Shown: positions 52,338-64,000 of the stretch, in pieces
Position numbering within the stretch: the first letter of the stretch is position 1
How the letters are laid out: each line of letters opens with the position of its first letter
Source: Camelus dromedarius
Taxonomy: Eukaryota
Length of the DNA: 64,000 bases
Direction: 5' to 3'
Assembly (NCBI RefSeq): GCF_036321535.1
Contig: NC_087436.1
Span: 10,850,001-10,914,000 of the forward strand
Notes under the pieces: model-generated
Databases searched by the model: none
The model's input: only the letters and a program-made list of their open reading frames with translations
Told to the model about the DNA's origin: nothing
Position numbers and translations under genes: made by a program

Positions 52338-52540
52338 ATTTTTTATTGAAGTATAGTCAGTTTACAATGTTCTGTCAATTTCTGTTGCACAGCACAATGC
52401 TTCAGACATACATGAACATACATATATTCGTTTTCATAGTCTCTTTCACCATAGGTTACTACAAGATATGGAATACAGTTCCCTGTGCTAGTCTTAACAG
52501 TGAGAGAACCCACAATGCTTTTCATTCCAAATTCCCAAAC
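52338..52540 (-). mobile_element. L1 3'UTR fragment
   Basis: 'ttttattgaagtatagtcagtttacaatgtt...ataggttactacaagatatggaatacagttccctgtgcta'. Confidence 0.85.
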
Positions 52541-53284
52541 CATTATATTGTCTCATCAGGCAGCAAAATAAAGCTGCTACTATTTTAAGTTTAAAACTAC
52601 GTTTTTCACTTCTCAGATCTCTCTTCTTTTTATATACATCTATATTTTAATTCTTGGCTTCACTAGGATGAGAGCTTTCCTTTGTGGATACCATGATGGA
52701 AACAGCAAGTTCTTTAACAGGGTTAAACACAACACAAAAACAACGTGGGCGTGGTCACAGCACAATGAGATGCAAAGTGCCCTGATCTTTTCATCCAGAC
52801 CCTCTTCTGACCTACACAGACATCCGGCAGGTCTCCATCACATTCAAAAGGAACTTAAATGTTGAAGAAAGGGAAGTTCTTATAGCAAAGACACTATTTT
52901 TTTAAAAACAGGGATTAATGTGATACCTGGAGAGACGAAGGTAATAATAAAAATAACACAACATGTGACTCTATCAGGTATTTGACAGGAAAATTGTGGC
53001 TCCCAGAGAGGAAACTATACTGGAGAAACTGACAAGGGCCTGGGAACTGACAAGAGCCCAGGAATTGGTTGGTAGGACAGAAACTGCGAGCACAGCAAAG
53101 TGACTACAGGAAGCTAGTATATGAGGACACACAGAGCAGAGCAATACCTGTCTGACAAATTCAAAGTGCTGTTTGTACAGTTTTATTTCTACAAACTAGA
53201 TCTGGCTATAAGGTAACTACAAATTTTCTAAAGTAACTCAAAGTTCTGAACCAAACCACAAAGTTCACTTATTCCTACATATAA

Positions 53285-53560
53285 GAGCACAGATTGTGGA
53301 GTTAAAGAAAACTTACTCACAAAACCAATTTTAGAAGAAACATACCAAACAGCTGGGAAATAGATTGCCTGTAGTTTAATCTCAGATTCTCTGCTGACTT
53401 GCTGTTACCCTAGGTATTTTATTTAACTTCATTGTGTCTCAGTTTCCGCATCAGTTAAGTAGGGTGGATAACAGTACCTACTGCACAGGCTTGTGGTGAG
53501 GGAGTAAATGTGAAAACATGTGTAGGGCTTAGAACAATCCCTCACATGCATAGGTTACTA
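53285..53560 (+). mobile_element. MIR SINE
   Basis: 'tttaacttcattgtgtctcagtttccgcatcag...ataacagtaccta...ttgtggtgagg...gcttagaaca'. Confidence 0.75.
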
Positions 53561-53574
53561 ATGAAGTATCATCA

Positions 53575-54180
53575 TCTCGTATTCAGCCGGCCACAATATA
53601 TTTGAGCGTCTAGTATGTTCCGGATGCTATGTTAGCACTGGAAATACAAACGTAGTAAGAAATACAGCCTTAACCTCAAGTGATCTCATGAGGAGAGGGA
53701 CAAGCAACCAGAGTTATAAATCCTCTGTTGGGTCCATGCAGGGTCCTCTGAGAAAACAGAGGCAGAGCTCAGTGACAGTCAACAAACTCCCTTCTAGACG
53801 TGACTCTTAAGAAAGTCCGCAAGAACGGAGCGACACTGGAGGGCAGAGTCTGTGCACACAGAGACAGAATGAGGCATCACAGAATTATAGAGGGGATCTC
53901 AAGTACTTCTGTAACAGCAGGAGGGAAGATGGGGGCAAGAGTGAGGAAGGTGGGCAATGTATGGGCTAAAGGCAGTGGGTGAAAAGAGCAGGGCCAAGTT
54001 GGGAAATTTGAACCTGATTTTGAAAGGCTGTTAAGTCAAAGAGTGACAAGCTTCAAAACCCGTGTGTTCAGCATCCAAGATGGGCTGGAGACGGTGACAC
54101 TGGAAGCAGGGGCCACTTCAAATGTCACATCAGTAATTGAGGGAGAACTGAGAACCATTATGCTAAAGCAGTGTCAGTAG
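53575..54180 (-). mobile_element. L2 remnant
   Basis: 'atatttgagcgtctagtatgttccggatgctatgttagcactggaaatacaa...cctcaag' matches the antisense L2 3' end. Confidence 0.6.
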
Positions 54181-55186
54181 AGGAAAAAAAAACAGCAACA
54201 AAGGAAACCAATCTTTAACACCAGGATTCTAATCTGATAGAGGAATTTGGGGGAAACAAATTTACAACAACTCACAAGGCATATTTTCTCATATTTAAAT
54301 AAGGAAAAATGACCCCACAAATCAGACGTGTTCTGAAAGATAACGAAATGGTAACAACCCTCAGGTATTTATGCGTAAAACTCCAGAGTAATATTTAGAT
54401 GTATGCGTTCCACAACCGTATGTCAAATGCAAGGAGATATTTTAAAACTTTACAATGATTAAAGAAAGGAGTGTTTTTACCCAGTCAGGTGTGAAAAAAT
54501 TATTTCAGTATCAGCCTTTACTTATTTCTTAAAGCAGCCAAATACTAACCACAATATGGCAACTGAGGAACAAAGAGCCAGTGTATAGCTGAGTCAGTGT
54601 GCCAGCTCATGGGCCATGTATTTAGACAGACCAAATAGCTATTTTTTAAATTAAATGTTAATTTACGTCATTCACATGGTAACCCTCACGAGGAGCACAG
54701 GAAATCACAAAAGATCCCTAGTTTCAGCATCTCTCACACAGAACAAACTTCCAATTAAGACTTTTGTTTTTTCCTGGCTGGATTACTAATGTATTTCAAA
54801 CACCTTAGCAACCTAAGCACATGTCATGCATCGTATGTTTAGAACTTGAACATCCTTTCCTGATTCCCTCAACATTCTGCATCTTTACCTCCAGTAAGGA
54901 AGGAAGGAGGCTTTCCACAGAACTTTGTCACTGGATTCCTGGAAGAAGCTTAAAAACTGCTGGAAACAAATAATATCCTTATCAGTATCAGAAATTAACA
55001 AATGTTCTTTGTCAGAAGTAAACTGTTCTTGACCTCCATGGTGATCTTTTACTTATGGAAATTGTGACCGCCAAATCTTTTTAGAGTTATAAGCTTCTCC
55101 TGCCAAAAGTGTGAAAATAGTATATATTTCAATTAAAATATAAGAATAGTAGTAAATCTGCTCCTGGTTTTAGCCACTTGAGAGAG

Positions 55187-55266
55187 GGAAGGAAGGAAGG
55201 AAGGAAGGAAGGAAGGAAGGAAGGAAGGAAGGAAGGAAGGAAGGAAGGAAGGAAGGAAGGAAGGAA
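55187..55266. repeat. (GGAA)20 microsatellite
   Basis: Read directly. Followed by degenerate GGCA/GGGA units to about 55320. Confidence 0.95.
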
Positions 55267-55810
55267 AGGAGGGAGGCAGGCAGGCAGAGAGGCAGGGAGG
55301 TGGGGAGAGAAGAGGGAAAAGAAGTCATATTTATATCAATGCCCAAATTCCAGTCTCCAAGACCTCCTCTATTCACATAACATCTCCACCGCCTGCTCCA
55401 AGGGTCCCCGGTGTTCCTTGGGGTTCTGATAGGACCGTCAGCTCACACAGCAGTCTGCCAGCTGCAGTGACAGCACCTGCTCTGTTCTCCTCTTTTGCTC
55501 CAGCACCTCCACTGGGGTGAACACAGAGAAAGCCTCCTGGTGAAAATGCCAAGTCCAAGCCAGGGGCGGTCTCCTTCTGCTTCTGAAGACACCTGGCTGG
55601 TTGGCTCAGTGGGAGATGTGAGAAGAAAGGGACTTTTCACCTGCACATCTTTCTTGTCATCTGAACTTCACAGCAGTGCGGTGTCTGCTCAGAGTCCACA
55701 GAGTCTTTCCAGAACAGCTGACTGGGTGGTTGTCTCATCCCCAGCGTAGGAACAAGCCCGCTCCAGAAGGAGGCGGGGAGTGTGCTTGTCCCAGGACCTC
55801 CACCAAGCAC

Positions 55811-55852
55811 CGCCCCCACCACGCCCCCCACCACGCCCCTCACCACGCCTCC
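55811..55852. repeat. Three tandem 12-bp units (CACCACGCCYCY), resembling KLF/SP sites
   Basis: Units at 55817, 55829 and 55841. GC box ggaggcgggg at about 55769. Confidence 0.8.
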
Positions 55853-57218
55853 TCTTGCTCAAGGCCGGGCAGCACAAACCAGGGCCCAACCACTACCCCG
55901 TCCCACAGCCAAAGCCCAGGGGGCTTCAGACGGTGCAAGTTGTGAAATTCAGAATCATTAAATCTGTCAGTTAGAAAATGAAGCTGATAGTTTCCCTTAC
56001 AAATACACAGAACAGACAGTTCAAATGTGAAGATACAGTAAAAACTACTACAAAAATGTAGCGAAAAACATACACATGGTTGGTTTCTCACATGGAAGCA
56101 TTAAGAGGGTCTCCAAAGATGCAATCCTAACTGATACGCAGTAGGATTCCAGGAGCCAAAACCCCGCCATCCTATCTGGCAATAGAGCTCTTGCCTTAAG
56201 GATTATTCAACGACACTCAGGGCTTTCCCCCAACTTGAGAAATAAAGCAGTTCCCCAGCATTCAAACTATACCTACATTTGTTAAAAAACATAAGTCACA
56301 TTTTTACCAGGGGCAGCCCTAGATAAAACGATGATGATAAAAGCAAGTTCGCATGTTACCTGCAGACACATAAAAGCACAACCATTCCTGAATCAAAGCT
56401 TTGCATTTTTTGTGTCAGTCAGTAATCAGGCTGCTTGAAAGCCTGAGATATTTAATCATTGACACTTTTCTGATGAAAACATTTTTCAAATAATTTTTGG
56501 TTTTTTATATAACACTGGTTAATATTTCTTTTATCCCCTTTTATTTAATATATGTTTCCAAGTGAATAACTTCATCTTTTGTTATAATCTTAGAGATTTT
56601 ACTGGTGGCAAAGTAACAGAAAAGTAAATAGTAAGCCATTCAAAATAAGTAAAATTAAAAAATAGTATAAACACAGATTTAATTACAATGGTGAATAATT
56701 AAGGGCCTGTGAAAGACAGAAAAGGAAAATGGGGTGAGTTAAAGCCTTCTTTAAAAGGCTTCACCACACAACTTTTTAAAACACAAGATGTGAAAGAGAA
56801 AGAGGGAAAACGCACGCCTCTGTGATCCTGGACTCCTTGCTTGTACACCTGGATTTTAGTGCTTCCATTTCTTTTGTTCAGTCTTTTCTGTTTGACATGC
56901 ATATATGCATGTAATTTTTAGGTATTATTACCAGGCCATTAAAATTCCAGAGGAGTGCTCTTCCAAGTTCTTTCTCTTAAAAATCATGGGCCTTAATCGA
57001 TCACTTTGTAAAGATTTGAAAGAACACTCCTATTGACCCCATGTTCCTGCTCTTTTGGTCACACTCATATCTAGAGTTATGAGAATGTGTGCACGCACAT
57101 ATCTATCTATATGCGTACATCTATAATTTATAATTTTCAGGATAAATCTTATGCACACTGGTAAGGAGAAAATCTCAATACCTCATTCACTCTTCTCAAT
57201 CGCAACATCACCTCTTTT

Positions 57219-57325
57219 TTTTTTTCTTTTTTTTGAGGATTCATTTTTCTTTTTTTTAAGTGGAAGTACTGGGGATTGAACCCAGGACCTCTGCATGCTA
57301 AGCACCACTGAGCAATCCCTCCCCA
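57219..57325 (-). mobile_element. tRNA-derived SINE (camelid Vic-1-like), internally deleted
   Basis: 'gtactggggattgaacccaggacctctgcatgctaagcaccactgagc'. TSD caacatcacctctttt (57203-57218) / caacatgacctctttt (57326-57341). Confidence 0.9.
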
Positions 57326-58369
57326 CAACATGACCTCTTTTACATTATATTTATATGCTAGCTTATCTTTATCTGTATTATGAAACATTTCAAACATATA
57401 CAATAGCAGAGAAGGAAATAAAATAAACTCTCGTGTTCTGATCATGAAAAAAAAAATCATTTAATGAATGCATTTTCGTTCGTGAGAAATCTACCAGGAC
57501 CCTACATAATTCAACGTCCCACAGAGCACCCATCTCCTTCCTGGATTTCCCTCACCTCTGTCTTGCTTTTCTACCTTTTATTCTTCTCCTTCCAACTTAT
57601 TCTTTCTCTTATTCTGGTTATTCCTACTGAGCTATGACAAAGAAAAACTCTGGGTGTGCAAACAGGAAGAGAAGACAGAATAATGGGCCAGAACGTGCCT
57701 CTGCTGTGCCTTCTCTATTTGCCGCTTTCAGGAAGCCCGGAGTGCACACGTTGTGACCCAGACACACAGATGTCTGCTGTGCCAGCTTCGATCTCTGATA
57801 TTCCTGTCTTTCTTGTCAAAGACTGTGATTGAAAATAACAAGGAAGAGGATGCATTTAGAAAAATTATTATTTCTAATTCATGCATCTTAGTGTATGTGA
57901 ATGCGGGCTGCCTTTCTAGCAAAGTTCACTCTGGAAATGGGACTCTGAGAGAAGCAGACATCGCTCTGGGGTTGGGAGTAAGCGAGGCGGTGCCAGCAGG
58001 CAGCAATGTGGAGGGTCGAAGAGACTGGGAGCCCTGGAGTGGGGGCAGCAGAGCGGGCGGGGCGGGTGATCTGCAGACCAGAGCTGGCTTCCCAGATGCA
58101 GAAAAGATGAGCTTTAGACTTTAGGACTGGCCTTGAGCACAGGAAAGAAAAGCCCTGATTTCAGCACCTAGAACTCAGTGCAATTTGTGCCACACTTGAA
58201 CTGCGTCTTGATTAACTGGGCATCTGTGATACAGTCTAGATGCCAACTCAGCATCATCAGATTGTAGTTTTGAGTGAGAGGTTCTGCAAATTGACTTGGA
58301 AAGAGGAAACACTTCAACATAATTAGTTGGTTAGGAGCTGTCTCTATTAACTATGCTTCCAACGGTGCT

Positions 58370-58605
58370 AATTTTTATGGGAGAGTCCTTGTGTCTTAAA
58401 ATATGTACTGAAATATACAAGCAAAATGAAACGTCTGGGATTTGCTTCAGTATAATCTGGGGGGATGGGAGGAATGTGGAAGGAAGACCAAAAAAGACTG
58501 GCCACGAGTTGATCATCGTTGAGGGTGGGCAGTAGAAATGTGGGTGTTCATTCTATTGTCCTCTCTAACATTGTATGTGCTTCAGATTTTACATAAGAAA
58601 GATAA
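58370..58605 (+). mobile_element. Old L1 (L1MC/ME-like) 3' end
   Basis: 'gtctgggatttgcttcagtataatc...gactggccacgagttgatcatcgttga...gttcattctatt'. Confidence 0.7.
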
Positions 58606-58970
58606 GATGCAATGTAAATCTTGTATTATAAAATTATGCATATATACATATGCACATGTATACATTCTCTCTTCCAATCACCAATCTGGCAGGCTTAGTA
58701 TACTATATAATATTTTCAACAGCAACCTCTTCCTTTTTCTACTTAAAAACAAGTAGTTGAGGAAAGAACAGAGTTACTTGTTCAATGGGAGTTAATGAAC
58801 TTGCATTTGCTGTACTAAGAGACAGCATTAGTATCAACCTCATGAATACAAAACGCTGAGCCAGAAGGTTCACAGCTGGAAAAGGGAGGATTTGCTACCC
58901 AGACCACCAAGAGAAAGCAAGTGCTGTCTTCTTGGCAGATGAGAGACTAAACCACCAAACTGACTATTCT

Positions 58971-59016
58971 GAGAATTGCCAGTGTTCTTGAAGGAGAATT
59001 GCCAGTGTTCTTGAAG
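58971..59016. repeat. Perfect 23-bp tandem duplication
   Basis: gagaattgccagtgttcttgaag at 58971-58993 and 58994-59016. Confidence 0.95.
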
Positions 59017-59717
59017 GTATCAGGTAGGGATGTTCAGTAAACAGCAGGGAGCGGTGTTAAAGCACAGAGGTAATACTGGTATTAATTCGAGGCAAAGAGA
59101 ACAGAAATATTAACCAGAAAGGATTTTGTTTTCTGGGCTACAGACGGAATATACAATGCCCACTGTAAAATAAACTAGCAGCTTCAAAGGTCCCAGAGGT
59201 CCCTTACCATCATTTTTTCACGCATATCAGTTTCCTTACTCCATTTATTTTATAATATGTAGCAGGGGTTATAGGAAAAATTATTTTTTCTTTCCTTGTA
59301 AAGCAAACATTCATATTTTAAAATAATACATCTTGGAAACTGCAACCAACTTACTGCAAGATCATTTTCTTTCACAGTAAGAGTTGCTTATACTTGTATT
59401 AAGGTTACATTTGCACCTCGGAGAAAGTCTGTAAGTGTTGTCAGTAGGAAGTCCACTCCCTTCCCACCTCTTCCTGCAGGTGTGGCAGGTGACCTCCCAA
59501 AGCTAACCCCCAGGTTACTCTGTTCTGCTTTGTTGGGACTAAGAGCAAAGGATGTGTCTCATCACCGGAAAGGGGTTCAAATCGGGCTGGCTTCAGACAG
59601 AAAACTTTCTCTCTGGCAAGTTAGTGATGATTTATATTAACTGGCTTTTTAATGGCTCAGGAAAATTCTGCCCATCCATTTTTCACCACACAACGAGAAT
59701 GAAAGAATTTCCCAAAA

Positions 59718-59790
59718 AAGGAAGGAAGGGAGGGAGGGAGGGAGGAAGGGAGGGCAGGAGGAAGGAAGGAAGCAAGGAAGGAGGAAAAAA
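59718..59790. repeat. Degenerate (GGAA/GGGA)n tract
   Basis: Read directly from the sequence. Confidence 0.85.
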
Positions 59791-59819
59791 AGATCTAGAA
59801 AGCCCTATATTAATGGGCT

Positions 59820-59980
59820 AGTATAATGAAATAAGTTTGGAGCCTAAGAGCCATTTCTTTTCCTGTTGCCACTACTTAACTATAAATTCTGGCAAACCCT
59901 AACTTCTCTATCCATTCATTTGCACACCTACAAAATAGGTCTAAACATAGCAACTGTGTTTATTTGCAATCTTGAGAGAG
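59820..59980 (+). mobile_element. MIR fragment
   Basis: 'gccactactta...ggcaaaccctaacttctct...tttgcacacctacaaaatagg'. Confidence 0.55.
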
Positions 59981-60346
59981 TGAAATTTGGAACTGGCCCT
60001 GGCCACAAAGGGCAAAGAAAGATGGACGGAAGAGGCACCACTCCAGACTGGCAGGTGGCAGCTTTCAATGAGCAAGGAATCTTACACAGGAGGCTTGTCT
60101 TGGGTGCAGAAGACAGTAGATCTCTGCACTCATCCGCCAGAATCTTACAAGTCTGTATAGAGATCTTAACAGGGCTCAGTCCCATATTCTGTCTCAGCAA
60201 CACACTGCTCTCTCCAGGTTGCATCCTTGCAAATAGCTCCCACTGAGGGAATGGTGTGTGGAACATACATCCTAAGAACAGGGGAAGTGGGCGAGGGAAG
60301 CAGGGAGCCTGGAGCTTGCAGATCAGTCTGCAGACATGTCCTCTCA
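59981..60346 (-). mobile_element. Probable ERV LTR (antisense)
   Basis: TG...CA bounded, GC-richer segment with LTR-like layout. Family not determined. Confidence 0.45.
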
Positions 60347-60351
60347 CTGAC

Positions 60352-61433
60352 TGAAACTGAGTAGAACTGTGCAGCCCTCCCCACTCAGTACAAAACTGAG
60401 CCGTTAACAATTAGGACAGGGGAGTCACAGACTCAGTGTCTGATGCACGCTCCGAGCTGTTTTACAGAGCAGTTTCCCGGAGGAGAAACCAACCATATGA
60501 AGCCCAGGCTGCAGCCATGGCACAGGCTGCTCTGTCTTGAGCAGCACTGAGTCTATGTTTAGCACAAGTCCAAGAACTGGCCTTGAGAGAATGGGGTTGA
60601 CGCTTCTGTTCATAATAATCTGTATCTTTGTGGGCATCAAAATAATTGTAGCTTGCTCTGCCTATATATGTAATTGTCAGCAAAGAGATGCTACAGACCC
60701 ACATCAACATCCTCTACTCTGAGAACACGGTGCCCCAGGTCAGCATGAAGAAGTCACAGAAGACAGAGTTTCACCCCTAATCCCATAAAAGCAGAATGAT
60801 GTTTGACAGTGGGGAACTGAAAGCTCATTGCCCTTTCCTGTTTGCCCATTTCTGTCACCCTCTAATCTTAAAATAACCTTATTATAGGAACGATATCACT
60901 AAGCAATTGAAACTAATTCCTGACTTAGGCTCTCCTGAATGCAAACCATGCCTTGCCTAACCCACTGATTCTTTTCCTAGATGAAAAGAAGAATTAAGCA
61001 GTTAAAGAATTATTAGATCTTACTTACAACAGCCCCCTCAGCAATCCTGCAGGCAGATCACGAGGGCAAGATAACATCCAAAGAAAGAGTCTGCCAGTCT
61101 GCACACAACAGAGATGATGCAGAACCCAACCTCCTGCCTTGATGATTCACTGAGATTTTTCCCCCCACTTTTCCCTTTAAAAACTGTCACGGCTTTGACA
61201 CAAAATTGTAAAATGACTATCACTCAATAAAAATAAAAGTAAAAAAATAAAATAAAATAAAAATAAAAACTGTCACAGCTGAGCAGAATCTTCAGAGATG
61301 GTCTCTGGACATGAGTCCACCTTCTCCCCATATTGCTGGCTTTTCCAATTAAAGCACCTTTTCTTTCTACTGACACTTGCCTCCCAAATTACTGGGTTTT
61401 GAGTGGTGAGCAGCTGAACTTGAGTTTGCTAAC
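60352..61433 (+). mobile_element. Long ERV1-type solo LTR
   Basis: Ends 'caattaaagcacc...tgggttttgagtggtgagcagctgaacttgagtttgctaac', similar to the LTR end at 6564. The 5' boundary is approximate. Confidence 0.65.
61195..61264 (+). mobile_element. 70-bp L1 3' tail inserted in the LTR
   Basis: 'ttgacacaaaattgtaaaatgactatcactcaataaa' plus an A tail. TSD aaaaactgtcacggct (61179-61194) / aaaaactgtcacagct (61265-61280). Confidence 0.9.
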
Positions 61434-62634
61434 CTCCAACAAAGGAACACACCCATCCTGAACCCACCACTTAGGCCTACAAGTTAAGGAAACAGATTAT
61501 TAAACTAAAGAAATCTTTGGCTCTCTGTATTTAAAAATTCTGCATAACCAAAAGCAATTCATGGACTCACTAGTTAACTTCTCCCTTTGGCAAACAGTAC
61601 TTAAACAGTTTTCAGGTGCCAAGCACTCTGCTAGGTACTAAATCTATAATCAACAGGCCACAACTTTAAATTCTTCTTGTAGTTCCATCCCACAGATGGG
61701 ACGGCTTACTACTGTATTACGTGCTGTGGTCAGCTGCAAATATTAATGTTATGACTTGACTTCCCTATTAAATGCAACTTTGGTTATTTTTATCATCTGC
61801 TGCCATTTCTTTCCAAGTTGTTTATTTTCTCACTTTTGCCAACACTAAAGTATTCCAGAACTCCAGAAACTGATAATACATTGCAAAAGCAGAAAGTTCT
61901 CTGAAGTATAATTATTACAGTATAACTAACATGTTAACCATGAGATAAATGCCATCGATGAAAAAATTGTGAAATAAAAAAACCTGTTTTCATGATTCTC
62001 ATAATAATAAAAATCATTCATAATGTTCTTAATAGTAATTATGTAAATAAGATCGGGTATTTATAGAAAAGCATTTTTAACAATAACAGGAATTCCGTCA
62101 GGCCAACGATTTGATTGCTGCTGAGACAAAGTCGCATTACGGTTAAGAGCTAATCTGGCGAGTGTACAGCCCATGAACTCACACCCCCAGGTGTGAGGAG
62201 CAGGCAGGGAAGGTCAGAGCTGAGACTCTGTTCTCACTAGTTCTGAACACGAGTTAAGCAGACCTAAGCATACAAGGCCCCGGCAACGTGAGGATACAGA
62301 AAAGGAGTCCCCTAGGTATTGGGCTCAAGTAATAACGAGGCAAAAGGAATATTGGTATTGAATAGGTAGACTCATCGCCATAAAATAAAAATTCCCCATA
62401 CTTTTAAAAAGCAAATATACTTCATGATTCTCTACAATCCATTGTCTTTTGAAGAGACAATAGATCTAAGTTGACTTGTTCACACACACTTAGTCTTTTA
62501 AGACCACGTCTAATGGCGAGACCCAAAGGCCCTCTCCGCATCTCTGGAACCATGTGCAGTACTGAACAAGCCTGTCAAATGAAGATGTCCCCAAACCTGT
62601 ATGTGTGTGTGTATGAACTTAAATATAGAGTCCG

Positions 62635-62770
62635 AGTACTTAGTTTTCTCACTTCAGAGATGTGTTGATGCGTCATTTTAAAAGATGCTTTAATCATGCA
62701 GCACGTAGCGCCAGTACCTGGCACCAGGGTTAATAACTAGTTGAATAAATGAGTGAGGGAATGAATGCAG
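62635..62770 (+). mobile_element. MIR/L2 3' fragment
   Basis: 'cttagttttctcacttcagag...cagtacctggcacc...taataactagttgaataaatgagtga'. Confidence 0.55.
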
Positions 62771-64000
62771 ATTTACAAAGAGCTGCGTACATTCTAGTGA
62801 CTTTCATACTGCCTAAATGAGTCCAGACCATCCTTCTTTCTGTGTCCTTAAGAAAATAATGTAAATAATGTAAATGGAAGTAAAATAATTTAATTCTTTA
62901 AAGAGATTTCCAGGTTTTTATTTTTGCTTTTGTTTTAGGCTCATAAACCAGCATTCACATTTCTGGATGTTTTTAAGCTCATTTCGTCCTGGCATTCACA
63001 GCTGGGATTACCCCTCAGGGAGTGGGTGAGGGGGAGCTGGGTGCAGGGGAGCTTTGTTTATTTACTGACGTTTCCCCTCGAACTGAGTCCAGCCCCACCT
63101 CTGTGCCCAGCGTTTGTTGAATGAATAAATGAAAACCACATACATTGTGGGAAACAGCTTGATTTTGCACGAAGCTGAATGAAGAAGTGATGTGTTATAG
63201 GATTCATATTCTTTTCCTTTTCTTCCTTTCCTCTCCTCCTCTCCCCTTGCACTCAAGATTATAGAACTTTGCTGTGGGCCCTTCCCTTCCTGCTCCTCCT
63301 GCTGTTCACCCTGGTGGTGTCGGGGTTTGGTGGGGGAGGTGGGAGCCCCAAGTCTCCTCCTTTATTGTTAGGAAACAAAGCAGCAACAAAATGGCATCAT
63401 GACTGTGAACAGCATTGTCACATGACTTATTTAAAGTGGTTTTTTTTTTTGTACCGTGTCCTCAAATTTAATGGATTAATGTGTCTTGTATATATGAAGA
63501 GAAAACATCGACCTTCAAAAAAAAAAAGAGGTTCTAGGAAACCCCTTTCGAATATGTTCATTTTTATTTAATCATTCACTTGGCATTGGCAGAGATTCCA
63601 CACCTCATTGCTCTGTGTCCTTCCAAACACAGCTGAGCGAGAACGGCCCCTGGTAACTTCCCAGCTGAGAACTGGCCTGCAGAACTGGGGCAGTGGAGAA
63701 CTGGGGAAGTGCTTTTCTTTGCCAGAAACAAGCGTCTCTTTTAGCAAAGAGGACAGATGTTGCTCTCAATCACCCCTCTTTTCCCAGGGCCCCCCTGAAC
63801 CTCCTGTGTCATGTTAATGAATGATGTGGAATTGATTTCCTTGGCCTGTTCTTAGCTATTTTTATTTCCTTTTCATTCATCACACTGATAAAAGACAGCT
63901 TATCCCATTTCCTAAAGTGGGTAAATTATTTAGTTCTTGTGTCTGCACTAGGCTGCTTTTTTTTTTTCTTAGAAGAATGGAAACATATTCCTAATCTTAG

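Noticed and set aside
55170..55429. ORFs with EGRK and FLPS repeats
   Set aside because: These are translations of the (GGAA)n microsatellite.
55373..56091. Dense overlapping ORFs in a GC-richer patch
   Set aside because: Expected from higher GC and the tandem repeat. No splice or homology support, and too CpG-poor to be a CpG island.
59866..60410. ORFs of 126 aa and 160 aa
   Set aside because: They lie within MIR and LTR-like sequence and show no gag, pol or env motifs.
1..64000. CRISPR arrays, operons, rRNA genes or prokaryotic defence systems
   Set aside because: The sequence is mammalian. I found no regularly spaced repeat-spacer array, dense coding region or rRNA similarity.

Overview
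This is AT-rich mammalian genomic DNA with no prokaryotic features. It is probably camelid, because four tRNA-derived SINEs resemble the Camelidae Vic-1 family and I saw no Alu, B1, Bov-A or PRE-like SINEs. Much of the window is interspersed repeat: a decayed full-length L1 (15459-22130) that carries a nested younger L1 and sits inside a Tc2/pogo-type DNA transposon; a 2.9-kb 5'-truncated L1 with a perfect TSD; ancient L1M/L2/MIR remnants; MER53 and MER47/Tigger elements; and MaLR and ERV1 solo LTRs. Nearly all ORF-track entries are repeat-derived or spurious. The best gene evidence is the 3' end of an unidentified minus-strand spliced gene: exon 36121-36151/36164, probable cassette exon 31645-31732, and terminal exon 28516 to about 27880 with AATAAA at 27900-27905. 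Weaker minus-strand exon candidates lie at 6.8-11.1 kb. I found no convincing new biological system. The most notable observations are the frame-shifting cassette exon with an internal palindrome, a perfect 25-bp inverted repeat inside an ancient L1, two twin-primed mini-L1 insertions, several nested insertions, and recurrent very short young L1 3' tails. Repeat family names are from recall of consensus motifs, not a database search.
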